DNA of 64,000 bases from Octopus sinensis (GCF_006345805.1 NC_043010.1:5332001-5396000); one strand, 5' to 3'. Shown: positions 40,501-54,461, counted from the first letter of the stretch. Translations and numbers: made by a program. Notes: generated by a model not told the origin, from the letters alone.

Positions 40501-41629
40501 CAATGGCACTTTCTGTCTACATGATTTCAAAAGCCCCAATGACAACAGATGAAAATTTCGTTTGGAATCCAAATTGCAATTTTAAATCTGTTGCAGTTGA
40601 AGAAAAATAAATCATCCCATATTCATAAGCATTTTGTCTGTTATATTAACAATTCTATCAGTTCACAGAAGACGGAGTTTAATTTTTAGCTGCACAGTGA
40701 CAGCTAAGAACATTTCAGTCATTGATACAATGACACAAATTTTCTGACTGTTGCTTAATTTATCAAGCCACAAAAGGATGAAAGGCAAAGTCAGTGGGAT
40801 TTGAACTCAAAATATTGGGACTAAAATCTGTAGCACCAGAACATTGCTATTTTCTGCTACTTTGTAGACATAAATAATAATGATTTCTTACACAATTTTA
40901 TATATTTTTCCTGAAATTATCAGCTTCTTCTTTGTTTACATTCATCAAGATAAAACTGCAGAAGAAGTTACACCTCACTGTTAGGAACAGAATTTATCCA
41001 TTTCAACAACAACTTGTTCATTTTGATGCTGTATCATAGGAGCACCAAGTTGTATTTGATACTTCATTCTTTAAGCCTTCTTGTACTTAAAGAATTACAC
41101 ATGGAAAATTCTCAGGCATTATCTGAACTGGGCTACTGTAGAATGAATTTTTTACACTGGATATTGTCATCCAACAAACTAGATCTTTGGAACAAGCTTA
41201 TCCTTCAAATGATTGAATTGGTATCAATAATCTTCTTTCGATACTTTTGTATTCTATCTACAACAACTACTTAAAAATATATATGAATAGTGATCATTTT
41301 AGAATATAAATGCAATTTTAGTGTAATTAATGGAAATTAGTAGAATGATAATTATGTTATGTAAATGAATCATTTAAAAATATATATATATTTTATTTCT
41401 TTTTAGCTTTGCCATTTGCTGTTAATTAAATAAGTGGATAGATGCAGACAGGTAGTCTTTGTGAAAAAAGAAGAGTGGAAAAAAAAAATGAACTGAAGTG
41501 GTGAGGGCTTATCTTAGGATGCTGAGCTTCACAAAAGAGATGATGAAGGACAGGGAAAAAGTGGAGAGATGCTATTTAGAAATTAACCTGTTCAACCCAT
41601 AGCAACATGGAGAAATTGGTGTGGTGACG

Positions 41630-41996
41630 GCAATGGTGGTGGGTTGGTGGTGGTGGTGGCTTCGGTGGTGGTTGTGGTGACTGTGGTCGTTGTTGTGATT
41701 GTAGTGAAGGCCTTGGTGATGGTGGTGGAGGTGGTGATGGTGGTGGAGGCAGTGGTGGTGGTGGAGGTGGTGGTGGTGGTCGTTGTCATCGTGGTTATGA
41801 TCATAGTGAAGATCTTAGTGTGGTGGTGGTGGTTTCAGTGGTCGTGGTCGTGGCTGTGGTCGTTGTTGTGATCGTACTGAAGGTCTTGGTGATGGTGGTG
41901 GAGGTGGTGATAGTGGTGGAGGTGGTGGTCGTCGTCGTTGTCGTGTTAGTTGAGGTCTTGACTCTAGTCATGGTTGTGATTATAGTGAAGGTCTTG

Positions 41997-42027
<31 letters not shown>

Positions 42028-42160
42028 TCGGTGGTGGTTGTGGTGGTGACTGTGGTCGTTGTTGTGATTGTAGTGAAGGTCTTGGTGATGGTGGTGGGGG
42101 TGGGGTGGTGGAGGGCTTGGTGGTGTTAATGTTGGTAATGCTGGTGGTAATGATGATGCC
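41630..42160 (+). repeat. GGT/GTT-rich low-complexity tract with a ~180 bp higher-order repeat
   Basis: Motif TGTGGTCGTTGTTGTGAT(T/C)GTA(G/C)TGAAGG(C/T)CTTGGTGATGG recurs at about 41682, 41855 and 42051. Confidence 0.75.
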
Positions 42161-42486
42161 ACCTTAACTTTCCAAATAATAATTTTGTATCAAGGAAGGA
42201 AACGAATGCGAAATGATTAGCTAAACAATGAACTAGAGAGAAATAAATTCAAATTCAACATATATCAATATGTTAATGTATGTGTGTGTGTGCGTGTGTG
42301 TGTGTGTCTACTAGCAATGCTATGTTTCTTATTTTAGGTGGAATTAGAAACAATGTTGATGCCATAATTTTCATTTGCTTCCATCATTTTTGGTAAAGAT
42401 AAATCATCTCATCTTTACCAAACAAAGCAAACCTATAACCTACCAAGATGCAAACTTGAAAATATCTGAAGAGATGGTATTCACAG

Positions 42487-42900
42487 GGCAGCGAGCTGGC
42501 AGAATCATTAGCATGCTGGATGAAATGCTTAGCTGTCTACTGCTACATTCTGAGTTCAAATTCTGCCGAGGTCGACTTTGCCTTTCATCCTTTTGGGGTT
42601 GATTAAATAAGTACCAGTTATGCACTGGAGTCGATGTAATCGACTTAATCCGTTTGTCTGTCCTTGTTTGTCCTCTCTGTGTTTAACCCCTTGTGGGTAG
42701 TAAAGAAATAGGTATTTCGTCTACTGCTACGTTCTGAGTTCAAATTCCGCCAAGGTCGACTTTGCCTTTCATCCTTTCAGGGTCAATTAAATAAGTACCA
42801 GTTACACACTGGGGTTGATATAATCGACTTAATACCTTTGTCTGTCTTTGTTTGTCTTCTCTGTGTTCAGCCTCTTGTGGGTAGTAAAGAAATAGGTATT
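42487..42900 (+). mobile_element. SINE family B with tandem-duplicated body
   Basis: One head followed by two ~180 bp bodies joined at AAATAGGTATTTCGTCT. Confidence 0.85.
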
Positions 42901-44482
42901 CAGCTTTAATGACACTGTTGTTGTTGATGTTGTTGTTAATGTTGTTTAATCTCAGGTCAGTAGCAATCAAGCAAGCCTGTTGTCAAAGGACAATTCAGCT
43001 ATGACTGTACCATTTATTATCTTGTTTCCAGATAGAGCTGGCATGGCTGTGTGGTTAAGGAACTTGCTTTGAAACTATCTGTTCTACCACATGATGCCTT
43101 GGGTAAGTATCTCCTATTATAGCCCTGGGGCAACAAGTGCCTTGAGAGTGAATTTTCCAGACAGAAACTATCTGGGAACATACTGTGTGTGTGTGGTTTG
43201 TTCTTCCAACTATTTCACTGCTTGACAACCAATGTTGGTTTGCTTATGTCCCATAACTTAGTGGTTCAGCAAAAGAGATCGGTACAATAAATTCCAGATT
43301 TATAAAATAAGTCCTAGAGACTAATTTGTTTGACAGAAACCTTTCAAGGCAGGGCTTCGGCATATCTACAGGCTAATATTTTGAAACAAAATATAAAGAT
43401 TAAAAAATATATTGTGAATCACATTTTCTGACGTATGTCTTCTTTCTTAGGACAGTTGGGTGTAATTTGAGTTGAGGGAGACTTGAATGTCATTCATAAC
43501 GGTTTTAACATGACAGCATACAGGTTCCAGCATTGGTTTGTCATCATCATAATAATATTATAAAATAATTACAAACATTGTTGAAGACAAATGTATAAAT
43601 TTCTTTTTGTAAACAAATTTATCATTTTAACAAATTTATCATTCATCTCATATCATTTTCTGTTCATTGGCCTTTCATTTTATGCACCATTTGAGTCACA
43701 TGTTATTGTGCATAGTTTTTTTTTTCAAACTGTAGATCTATCTAAAAGAAAACTAGATATTTTTTTCATTATTTTGCATTTTTCATTTCATTCAAAAGGT
43801 TTTTCAATTTTTTTCTTTTTGTTTTCGCTTTCCTACCTTATTTTTCTAATTTCAGTTGCCATCATGATTTAATTATTCCTTGTGTCAGAAGAATTCTACA
43901 AAATGAATTAGGATTGAGAACAAATCTTGGGGTGCCATAATTGAAGCATTGTCCTTTATATTCAAAATACACAAGATGTACATGCCAGAGTAAACCAGTA
44001 ATATCAATTTATAAATTGCCTCAAAGATTGGAAAGGGAGAATACGTATAAAAGTATTTGGGTATATTTTTGTATATGTGTGCATGTGTGTTTGCACGAAT
44101 ACACACATACACAAATAGATTTAAACACTTCAATATGATAATGAAATCAAATTTACATTTATATGTATGTACATATGTATGTACGTATGTATGTATGTAT
44201 GTATTTACGTATGTATGTACGTATGTATGTATCTATCTATGTTATATGTATGCATCTATATATTTAGATATGTGTGTATATATGTGTATATGTAAGTGTA
44301 TATATATATATATATAAATATATATACATACACATATACATATACACACACACACATATATATATACACTCATACACATGCACATATATATATATATGCA
44401 TGTGTATATGTATATATATGTGAATATGTTTTATATATATACATATACATACACACATGCATATATATACATTTATATATTC

Positions 44483-44527
<45 letters not shown>

Positions 44528-44534
44528 ATATACA

Positions 44535-44570
<36 letters not shown>

Positions 44571-44710
44571 ATTTCCATTTTATGTGATAGAAAACAGTCG
44601 TGTATGCTTGTAAATATTTGCACCATTACACAAATACATTTATACAATAGAATAGTTTCTTATATGTTAATCTCTCTTTCAACTACTTTCTCTCTCTTCT
44701 CACACTCTCT

Positions 44711-44758
<48 letters not shown>

Positions 44759-45806
44759 TACACTTGTACACATCTTTAAGATACATCTTTACAGATAAGC
44801 ATATGTGTAAAAATCACACATGCATGTACATATAGGCAAAAAAACAAACACATGTAACAGTCAGAAATTGATGCAAGTGATTACATCTTTATATACACAG
44901 TCAGAAACAACCACATACACACATACACACACCTGCACGCAACTTTTAGTACTAAAAAAAAAAAAGAAAGGAAAAAAACTACAACAGCAACACATAAAAA
45001 TTGCCAAAAATCTAATTTGGATAGGAATCTTCTTGTAACCATATTAAGCTTATGCTCGTGTTTTCAATTGGACGCAGATCTAACAGCAATACTGGATGTG
45101 ACAAGACAAGTACACACTTAGATTGAAGAAGTGTGGGAGGAGAGGGGGGGGTTTCTAGGGAGCTGTCTTGAATATAAAAAAAGGACTGCTGGCCAATATC
45201 TGTTTAGAAATAAAAGTATGGCAAAGAGGATTACATGGAATTAAGATCGGATTGCAACATTTTAAAGACAAGATGATGGAAGTGGATTTCAAGGTTTAAA
45301 TTTGTGTAAAAAGGAAGAACATTTTCCTTATAGAATTTTTATCCTGATCAATACACCATAGACAAGTGGATATGTATGGGTTTTTTTCTTTTTCTTTTCC
45401 TTTCATTTTGGTTTCAAATTTTTGAACCAGAATATAAAACTAAAGCTAAAAATATATAAAATAAATGAATAAAGAGATCATTGTTTCTTTATCTTTACTG
45501 GGATCAAGCTTTCATTAAAGATTTTGCTGAGAGAATTGAGTTAATCTTTAGTATTATTACTGGGAGAATCAGAAAATAGGAAACTGGTAGTTGTCACTTG
45601 TGAAGTTTCAACTTTAAAATTAACTCTACAAATTTATTACTTGGATTGAGAACATATTTTTCTTTTTTGCCTAGATTCATGCATTTATGTATTTATTACA
45701 TATGTGTGTGAGTGTGTGTATAGATAGATAGATAGATACATAGATAAATAGATAGATGCGTACATACAAACATATACATACATATACATACATACATATA
45801 CATATA

Positions 45807-45849
<43 letters not shown>

Positions 45850-46180
45850 CATATATGCCCAATGTTATGACCAAGAATCACTCTCAGTAAGAAGCCTGAA
45901 GTAATTAGTTATATCCTACTGAATTTTTTGAATTTGTACACACACATATGTAAATACATAATATGTATGTAGAGAGATAGATAGACAGACATATATATAT
46001 ATATATACATACATATGCATATATATGTATATATATGTATATATATGTATGTATATATATATATATATATATATAGATATATATATATATATATACATAT
46101 CTTAGCTAGATATGTAGATACTATATACAAATGTCTAGTTGTCTATCTACACAGACAGAGACACACAGCCACACACACAC

Positions 46181-46230
<50 letters not shown>

Positions 46231-46532
46231 TCTGCCTATACCATTCAATCAAACTTGAGATTTTCTAGGGAAGTTACACTGGAGTGATTTCCAATTGCCT
46301 CTCCAGGAAGTCTAGCCAGGAATATAATGAAATTTTCTTGATAGATCAGTGCTCGTGACATTTGAGCTGGTAGTCCAATAATATCTTGTTGCATCACCCA
46401 TTTCGTTGTCACATATATGACTCACACACACACATGCATGTAAAAAATATACATCTATATATACGTAATTCATATATATATATACACACACACACATACA
46501 CATATATATATGTGTGTGTTTGTGTGTGTATA

Positions 46533-46588
<56 letters not shown>

Positions 46589-46764
46589 CATACATACATA
46601 TATATATATATAAAATAAATAGGAATAAAGTTGATTTTGTAGTTATGTACATTTCCACAAGAACAACAGTTTATTTGTTTATTAGCATTTATATAATAGA
46701 ACGAAATAACCAGACTATTTCACCAACCATGATCATAAGGATACCTACTAAATGGATGCACACA

Positions 46765-46900
46765 TACCTGCCTGCGTCAGTTGTTGACTGCCATGACACT
46801 GCATCCTTTAAGGCCCTCATGCTTTCTGAAATCCGCTGAAACTACACCTGATTATATATACACTTTAGATGAGTTGTAGTGCACCTGAGCACTGTACACA

Positions 46901-46930
<30 letters not shown>
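46765..46930 (+). mobile_element. Short CR1/L2-type LINE 3' end with (ATT)n tail
   Basis: [18 protein letters not shown] motif, then a short UTR and (ATT)n. Confidence 0.65.
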
Positions 46931-46933
<3 letters not shown>

Positions 46934-47129
46934 CACACACACGCACACACACAGATATATGCATATGGTAAAGAACAAAGTGCAATGTGCTTATTATGCT
47001 TTACACTCTCATTTCAAATCTTGTCAAAATCAACTTGGTCATTCTTTGCTTTCTCAGATCTCTAAAATAAACAATTGTCAAATACTAAGGACCAATACAC
47101 ACACACACACACACACATACATATATATA

Positions 47130-48620
47130 GGCGCAGGAGTGGCTGTGTGTTAAGTAGCTTGTCTACCAACCACATGGTTCCGGGTTCAGTCCCACTGCGT
47201 GGCACCTTGGGCAAGTGTCTTCTACTATAGCCTCGGGCCGACCAAAGCCTTGTGAGTGGATTTGGTAGACGGAAACTGAAAGAGAAGCCCGTCCGTATAT
47301 ATGATATATATATATATATAATATGCGTGTGTGTGTTTGTGTGTCAGTGTTTGTCCCCCTAGCATTGCTTGACAACCGATGCTGGTGTGTTTATGTCCCC
47401 GTTACTTAGCGGTTCGGCAAAAAAGAAACGCTGGGCTTACAAAAGAATAAGTCCCGGGGTCGAGTTGCTCGATTAAAGGCGGTGCTCCAGCATGGCCGCA
47501 GTCAAATGACTGAAACAAGTAAAAGAGTAAAAAAGAGTAAGAGTATGCCCAACTATTTACTTCTTTCAAATACCAGACCTTGCATTTGTGGTCCATATTT
47601 TTAAGTCATTTTGTTTCTCCATATTATGTCTTCGAGAAATAAGGTACAGGAGTGGGTGTGTGGTAAGTAGCATGCTTACCAACCACATGGTTCCAGGTTC
47701 AGTCCCACTGCATGGCACCTTGGGCAAGTATATTCTACTATAGCCTTGGGTTAACCAAAGTCTTTTGAGTGGATTTGGTAGACGGAAACTGAAAGAAGCC
47801 TGTCGTATATATATTTGCATATGTTTGTGTGTCTGTGTTTATCCCCCTCCACTAACACTTGACAACAGATGTGTGTTTACATCCCCGTAACTCAACAGTT
47901 TTGTAAAAGTGACCAATAGAATAAGTACTAGGCTTACAAAGAATAAGTCCTGGGGTCGATTTGTTTGACTAAAGGCGGTGCTCCAGCATGGCTGTAGTCA
48001 AATGACTGAAACAAATAAAAGAATAAAAGAATATATATACACCACACACACACACACACACATATATAGGCACAGGCCTGGCTGTGTGGTAAGAAGATTG
48101 CTTCTCAAACACATGGTTTCATGTTCAGTGCCACTGTGTGGCACCTTGGGCAAGAGTCATCTATTATTGCCTCAGGGTGACCAAAGACTTGTGAGTGGAT
48201 TTGGTAGGCAGAAACTGAAAGAAGTCCATCTTAAATATACTTATACATATATACATATATGTGTGTCTTACAGTCTGCGTTTGTCCCCCCACTCACTTGA
48301 CAACCAGTGTTAGTGTGTTTATATCCCCATAACTTAGCAGTTTGGGAAAAATCACCAATAAAACAAACACTAAGCTTAAGAAATAAATCCTGGCGTCAAT
48401 TTGTTTGACTAAAACCCTTCAAGGCAATGCTCCAGTATGGCCACAGTGAAATGACTGAAAAAAGTAAAAGAATGAATGAATAAAGGAATATATATATAGG
48501 TGCAGGAGTAGCTGTGTGGTAAGTAGCTTGCTTACCAACCACTTGGTCCCAGGTTCAGTCCCACTGCATGGCACCTTGGGCAAGTGTCTTCTACTATAGC
48601 CTTGGGCCGACCAAAGCCTT
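47130..48620 (+). mobile_element. Four head-to-tail copies of tRNA-derived SINE family A
   Basis: Heads related to GCAGGAGTGGCTGTGTGGTAAG...GGTTCAGTCCCACTG at about 47130, 47645, 48069 and 48499. The last copy is truncated. Confidence 0.9.
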
Positions 48621-48692
48621 CACAGCTATCACAGAAGGGTGCCATTGACTGTAATCCTGAGGATGGTAAGTGGTTAAATAAATATATTCACC

Positions 48693-48727
<35 letters not shown>

Positions 48728-48865
48728 TCCCCTAATTTCGCTCTTGCATCTAATGTTTCATCTTTGACTTCTGGCCGAAATCAGATCGCCATGTTGATTC
48801 GCTAGCTTCTGCACGCATATTTTTTTTCTCTCCTTTCTGTGTTTTTTTTTTTTTTTCTCTGTGTA

Positions 48866-48903
48866 TCTTTCTGTTGAAGAGCGTAGGCTCGAAACGTTAA
48901 AGA
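48866..48903 (+). ncRNA. Hammerhead-like variant in a (TA)n-flanked element (48730-49030)
   Basis: TCTTT-CTGTTGA-A-GAGC(GTAG)GCTC-GAAA-CG-TT-AAAGA. Stems I and II are good, but A6 is U and there is an extra A. Confidence 0.45.
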
Positions 48904-49032
48904 CTTGTGTCATTTATATTTCCTGAGCGCCATACTAATACAATTGTTTGTTTGTATTCCACCTGCCTTCGTCTTTTGTTTATTTCCGTAAACCTGCTTT
49001 TGTCTTTTGTCTATTTTCATAAAGCTTCCCGT

Positions 49033-49087
<55 letters not shown>

Positions 49088-49498
49088 GTGTACATATGTA
49101 TGCATACACACACTCACAGACACACACACACACACACATACACACACAAATACATATACATGTGTAGATCGTAGATTATTATAATATGCTGTATATAAAA
49201 TAAAGTTTGTGGATGTACAAGTCTTCATACTCTTTATTATTATTAATATCAATATAATCTTCAGACAATTATTTTCTGTCCCCACAAAGAAAACACAGAA
49301 TTACCCATTGGAAGAATTTATGGAGTGACTAATAACTAAATGTAGTCACAGACACGTTATATACTGATTGTTGTAGTTAGCCTTTAACTGGAACTTAACC
49401 AAGAGCTAATACGGTATCCACCTGGATAATATATCCCTCCATATATATATATATATATATATGTAACCAAGAAAAAAGCAACAAGAATGGATCGGTAG

Positions 49499-49585
49499 TT
49501 TAGTACAATTGTTTCATACTATAAACATTTTATTTAAAGCTGCAAATATTACAGCAAATATAATGTCAAGTATTCATCAGCTAAA
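49499..49585 (-). ncRNA. Type-I hammerhead ribozyme with intact core and extended stem II, in a (TA)n-flanked element (49463-49764)
   Basis: Minus strand TTTAG-CTGATGA-ATACT...AGTAT-GAAA-CAATTG-TA-CTAAA. 5-bp stem I, 5-bp stem II base, palindromic stem III, GUA site. Confidence 0.75.
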
Positions 49586-49764
49586 TCACATATAGGTTTT
49601 CCAAACATCTTAGAGAGTGTAAATATCCTTATGAAGTTATAGGAGTGAGTTCCATGCATTTGAAGTAAGATTCCAAGCAGACTATATATGTTTTCCAACA
49701 ATACAAAGTTTTTAAATTGATTATCAACATCCCAGAGAAGATAAATCTACTCATAAAGATGTAG

Positions 49765-49796
<32 letters not shown>

Positions 49797-51235
49797 ATAT
49801 ATGTGTATATATATTTGCTGACTCCAGAAGTAGGATAGGTGAGCATGACCTTTACAAGCTCTCCAAGAGCAATTACCTTGATGCAGACAGGTTTTGCTAA
49901 ATTGTTTGTAGGTTAACACCTGTAGAAAAAGACATGAGTAGGAAGGACATTCCAGAGGGTCTGTGTTCTGGGGAGAAAGGACTGGACATAGTGACTAGTA
50001 GAGCCCTAATGGTGGTGGTTGTAGGTAGTTGTGGGAAAGATAACAAAAATGTGAATGAGAGTTGAGAAAACGGAAGCATGCGACCAACCAGAGAACATGA
50101 AGGTGTGTATTATATGTGTGTGCGTGCATGTGAGTGTGTGTGTGTGTGTGCGTGTGCATGTGTATGTGTGTGTGTTGTATGTGTGTGTGTTGTGTGTTCT
50201 ATGTGTTTTGTATGTGCATGTGTATACGTGTGTGTGTGTATGCTTGTGTGTACCCATGTCTTGATATCATAAGATTGTTGTAACTGATTTTGTTTATTTT
50301 CAGTCTTCTGTGGTAAGTCAGTCTGGCTGTGGGGAAATATAACTTTGCTTGGAAACAGGTTGAGGGACGGTGATAGGAATCTCATCCAACCATAGGAAAT
50401 TTGCCCAAACATCTACTGTTGTGGCCCATGGAAAAGTGGGCATTAGATGACAACGATGACAATGGTGATGATAATGATGATGTATATTTTTCTTTTTTGT
50501 AGATACTGTGTTAGAACCATGCAGGTCACTCTGCTGGTAATTGCTCTGCACCTCAATCCTTATAGTAATCCCCTGGTCCCCTGGGCATGAAATTGATTCC
50601 CCTCCCCATATACTCCAAGGTTTTTAGTCGTACTGTGAACTGCACGACATCCTCAACAGAGCAGTTGGTATGAAAAAAAAGGCCCCCAGTCCACACTGTA
50701 ATGTGGTTGGCATTAGGGGTGGGGGACATCTGGCCATAAAAAGAAAAAAAAAACATGCCAATGCAGGTATTAGATCTCTCAATGCAGTCCTTGGACACAT
50801 TGATTCCTGTCAAACTGTCCAACCCATGCAAGCATGGAACATAAACTTTAAACAAAGATGGTGAGGATGATGATGATGACAATGACGATGACGATGATGA
50901 TGATGTTGACAATGATGATGAATATGATGATGACATTTGGCAGAGAGCTGGGTGAAATGCCAGCTTTTTATTGCAAACTTTTACACTCTGAGTTTGAATT
51001 TCACTACAGTCAGCCTTCTCTTTCATCCTTCTGGAAACAGTAAAAACAAATAGAAATCACAGATTGATTTCATCGAGGCTTTCCATGTACTACTCCCAAA
51101 ACTTGAGGCTTTTTGCCAAAGTTAGAAAATTTCTGTAGAGTAAATACGACATGCTATGAGCCAATAAAAATATCTCAGCATGGTCAGCTTAACTTGTTAG
51201 AAATTGCAGAGAAATCTAGTGCCAAATTACAACCA

Positions 51236-51335
51236 NNNNNNNNNNNNNNNNNNNNNNNNNNNNNNNNNNNNNNNNNNNNNNNNNNNNNNNNNNNNNNNNN
51301 NNNNNNNNNNNNNNNNNNNNNNNNNNNNNNNNNNN
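51236..51335. other. Assembly gap (100 N)
   Basis: Run of exactly 100 N, a typical placeholder for a gap of unknown size. Confidence 0.99.
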
Positions 51336-51411
51336 TGATAACATAAGCAAATAAAATGTTTTGGACCCACTAACTTCAAAATTTTGAAAATAATATATAT
51401 ATATATATATT

Positions 51412-51820
51412 TGTGGCTGTGTGGTAAGTAGCTTGTTTACCAACCACATGGTTCCGGGTTCAGTCCCACTGCGTGGCATCTTGGGCAAGTGTCTTCTGCT
51501 ATAGCCCTGGGCCGACCAATGCCTTGTGAGTGGATTTGGTAGACGGAAACTGAAAGAAGCCCGTTGTATATATGTATATATATATGCGTGTGTGTGTATA
51601 TGTTTGTGTGTCTGTGTTTGTCTCCCTAGCATTGCTTGACAACCGATGCTGGTGTGTTTACGTCCCCGTCACTTAGCGGTTCGGCAAAAGAGACCGATAG
51701 AATAAGTACTGGGCTTACAAAGAATAAGTCCCGGGGTCGATTTGCTTGACTAAAGGCAGTGCTCCAGCATGGCCGCAGTCAAATGACTGAAACAAGTAAA
51801 AGAGTAAAAGAGTAAAAGAG
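51412..51820 (+). mobile_element. SINE family A
   Basis: Near-consensus copy ending in (GTAAAAGA)n. Confidence 0.9.
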
Positions 51821-52169
51821 TATATATATTTATTTATTCATTTATTTGTCACATCCCTTGCCTGCCAAATGTTGCACCTCTAAAATCAAAGGACTTCATG
51901 TGATATCAGGTTGAAAATGATAGATCATCCAAGCCCATATATGAATGGGAGTGGCCATTGCCAAATCTGCATCTTGGAGAGAACCAAAATTCTTAAGGAC
52001 AATGCTAAACCTGGCATGTTAAATAGTTGTAAAGAAGTTTCCTCTAAATGTGTCCACTTCAAACACTACCTACTGAAAAATTGGATCACCCCGTTTGCTG
52101 GTTAGGCCTTTTAAGGCCTTGAGCTTATAGTAGAAAGGATTATTATTATTATTGTTATTATTATTATTA

Positions 52170-52382
52170 AGGTATCAAGCTGGCAGAATTGTTAGTGCGC
52201 TAAACAAGATGCTTAGCAATATTTCACCTGTCACAACATTCTGAATTCAAATTCTGCTGAGGTCGACTTTACTTTTCATCCTTTTGGAGTCAATAAAATA
52301 AGTACCAGTTGGACACTGGAGGTCAATGTAATTGACTCATTCCCTACCCCAAAATTGCTGCCCTTGTGGCAAAATTTGAAAA

Positions 52383-52452
<70 letters not shown>

Positions 52453-52456
52453 GTTG

Positions 52457-52487
<31 letters not shown>

Positions 52488-52527
52488 CATTGTTATTATT
52501 ATCATTATTATTATATTATTATTATTA

Positions 52528-52575
<48 letters not shown>

Positions 52576-53670
52576 TATTATTATTATACAGGCAAAGGCA
52601 GTGAGCTGGCAGAATCATTAGCATGCTGGGGAAAATGCTTAGTGGTATTTCATCTGCCACTATATTCTGAGTTCAAATTCTGCCAGGGTCAACTTTGCCT
52701 TTCATTCTTTCGGAAATGACCCCGGCAAGTACCACTTATGCACTTGGGGGTCAATGTAATCGACTCAATCCCATCCCCCAAATTTGAGGCCTTGTGCTTC
52801 CAGTAGAAATTATTATTATTATTATATAGGCAATGAGCTGACATTGGGCAAAATGCTGCTAAACATTTTGTCAATATTTACATTCTGAGTTCAAATTCCA
52901 TTGAAGTTGACTTTGCCTTTCATCCTTTCAGGGTCAATGAAACAAGAACCAATGAGGAACTAGTGGTGATATAATCGACTAACCCCTGCCCCCAAAATTT
53001 CAGGCCTTGTGCCTATAGTAGAGAAGATTATCATTATCATTGCTCTTAATATTCTACAGAGAATATGGTGAGCTGGCAGAATCCTTAGCGCAATGGGCAA
53101 AATACTTAGTGGCATTTCATCCGTCTTTGTGTTCTGAGTTCATATTCTACCTAGGTCAATTTTGCCTTTCATCCTTTTGGGGTCGATAAAATAAGTACCA
53201 GTTGAGTACTGGGGTTGATGTAATTGACTTAACCCTTCCCTCAAAGTTGCTGGTCTTGTGCTAAAATTCGAAACCAACAGAAGACTGTGATCTCACAGAA
53301 TCATTTGTATGCCAGGAAAAATTCTAAGTGGCATTTCATCCATATTTACATTCTGAGTTCATATTCCACCAAGGTCGACTTTGTCTTTCATCAATCTGGG
53401 GTCGACAAAATATGTACCAGTTGAAAACTGGGGTCAATGTAATTGATTCACTCCCTCCCCCAAAATTGCTGCACTTGTGTCAAAATTTGAAACCAATATT
53501 CTACAGGAAGATGAGCTGGTAAAATCGTCAGAATATCAGTTAGAATGCTTAGCAGTATTTCTTCTGGTTCTTTATATTCTCAGTTCAAATCCCATTGAGT
53601 TCAACTTTACTTTTCATCCTAGTGGGGTCAGCAAAATTAAGTACACGACCAATACTGGGGACAAAATATA
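52170..53670 (+). mobile_element. Cluster of about six same-orientation decayed SINE family B copies separated by (ATT)n
   Basis: Repeated TTCTGAGTTCA(A/T)ATTC...CTTT(G/A)CCTTTCATCC...GGGGTC motif. Confidence 0.8.
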
Positions 53671-54365
53671 ATCCACTAATGCCTCGCACTAAGATTGCTT
53701 ATGTATAACCAAAACTATATTATTCAAGAATCTGTCACTGTTTTGGAAGACAAGATATGATTTGAAGAGTAATTGGTTGTTCTTTTTAGCAGGTTAAATG
53801 ACTCTGTACAGGTTTCCTTAATTTAATATTGTTCTTGTTGCTGTGGGCTATAATTACTTTTATTCTTCTTACTTGTCACACTTTTACAATATTTTCTTAT
53901 TTTTACAATTTTTTATTTCATTTTTTTAGTAAGTAATTATTATCATTGTAAAAGTATACTGTAAACAAAAAAAATATAGAAATTTTTCACAAAAAAATCA
54001 AGTGTGAAACATGCTTTCTTTAGTTTTTTCTTTCTTATTTTGTATTTTTTTCCTTTCATCACTTTTACTCTGAGAAATTTATTAAGAATAAATTCTTCAG
54101 TTTTGTCAAGAAATTTTAAATTCAAAATTTGTTACATCTTACATGTCTTTCTCTCCATGTATGTATGTATGTATACACACACACACACCTTCACATACTG
54201 TAAATATAAAATAAGCATACACACACATAGACACACACACACACACACACACCTTCACATGCTGTAAATATAAAATAAGCATACACACACAGACACACAC
54301 GAATATATACAGTTTTTATGCATGTCGTGTTTATCTATTACAAGCTGAATAATATCTTCACTTAC

Positions 54366-54461
54366 CTTTCTCAAGTGCTCAACATGGGCGGTTTTGCCCC
54401 TAATAAAGGGTTAATGGGCAGCAAGTGAACAACTTATTCGCAAACATTTTCAATTTGGGAC
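54366..54461 (-). other. Candidate 96-nt non-coding exon (possible protocadherin 5' UTR exon)
   Basis: Acceptor GTTTTCCACAG| and consensus donor AAG|GTAAGT in unique sequence. Stops in all three frames. Confidence 0.25.
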
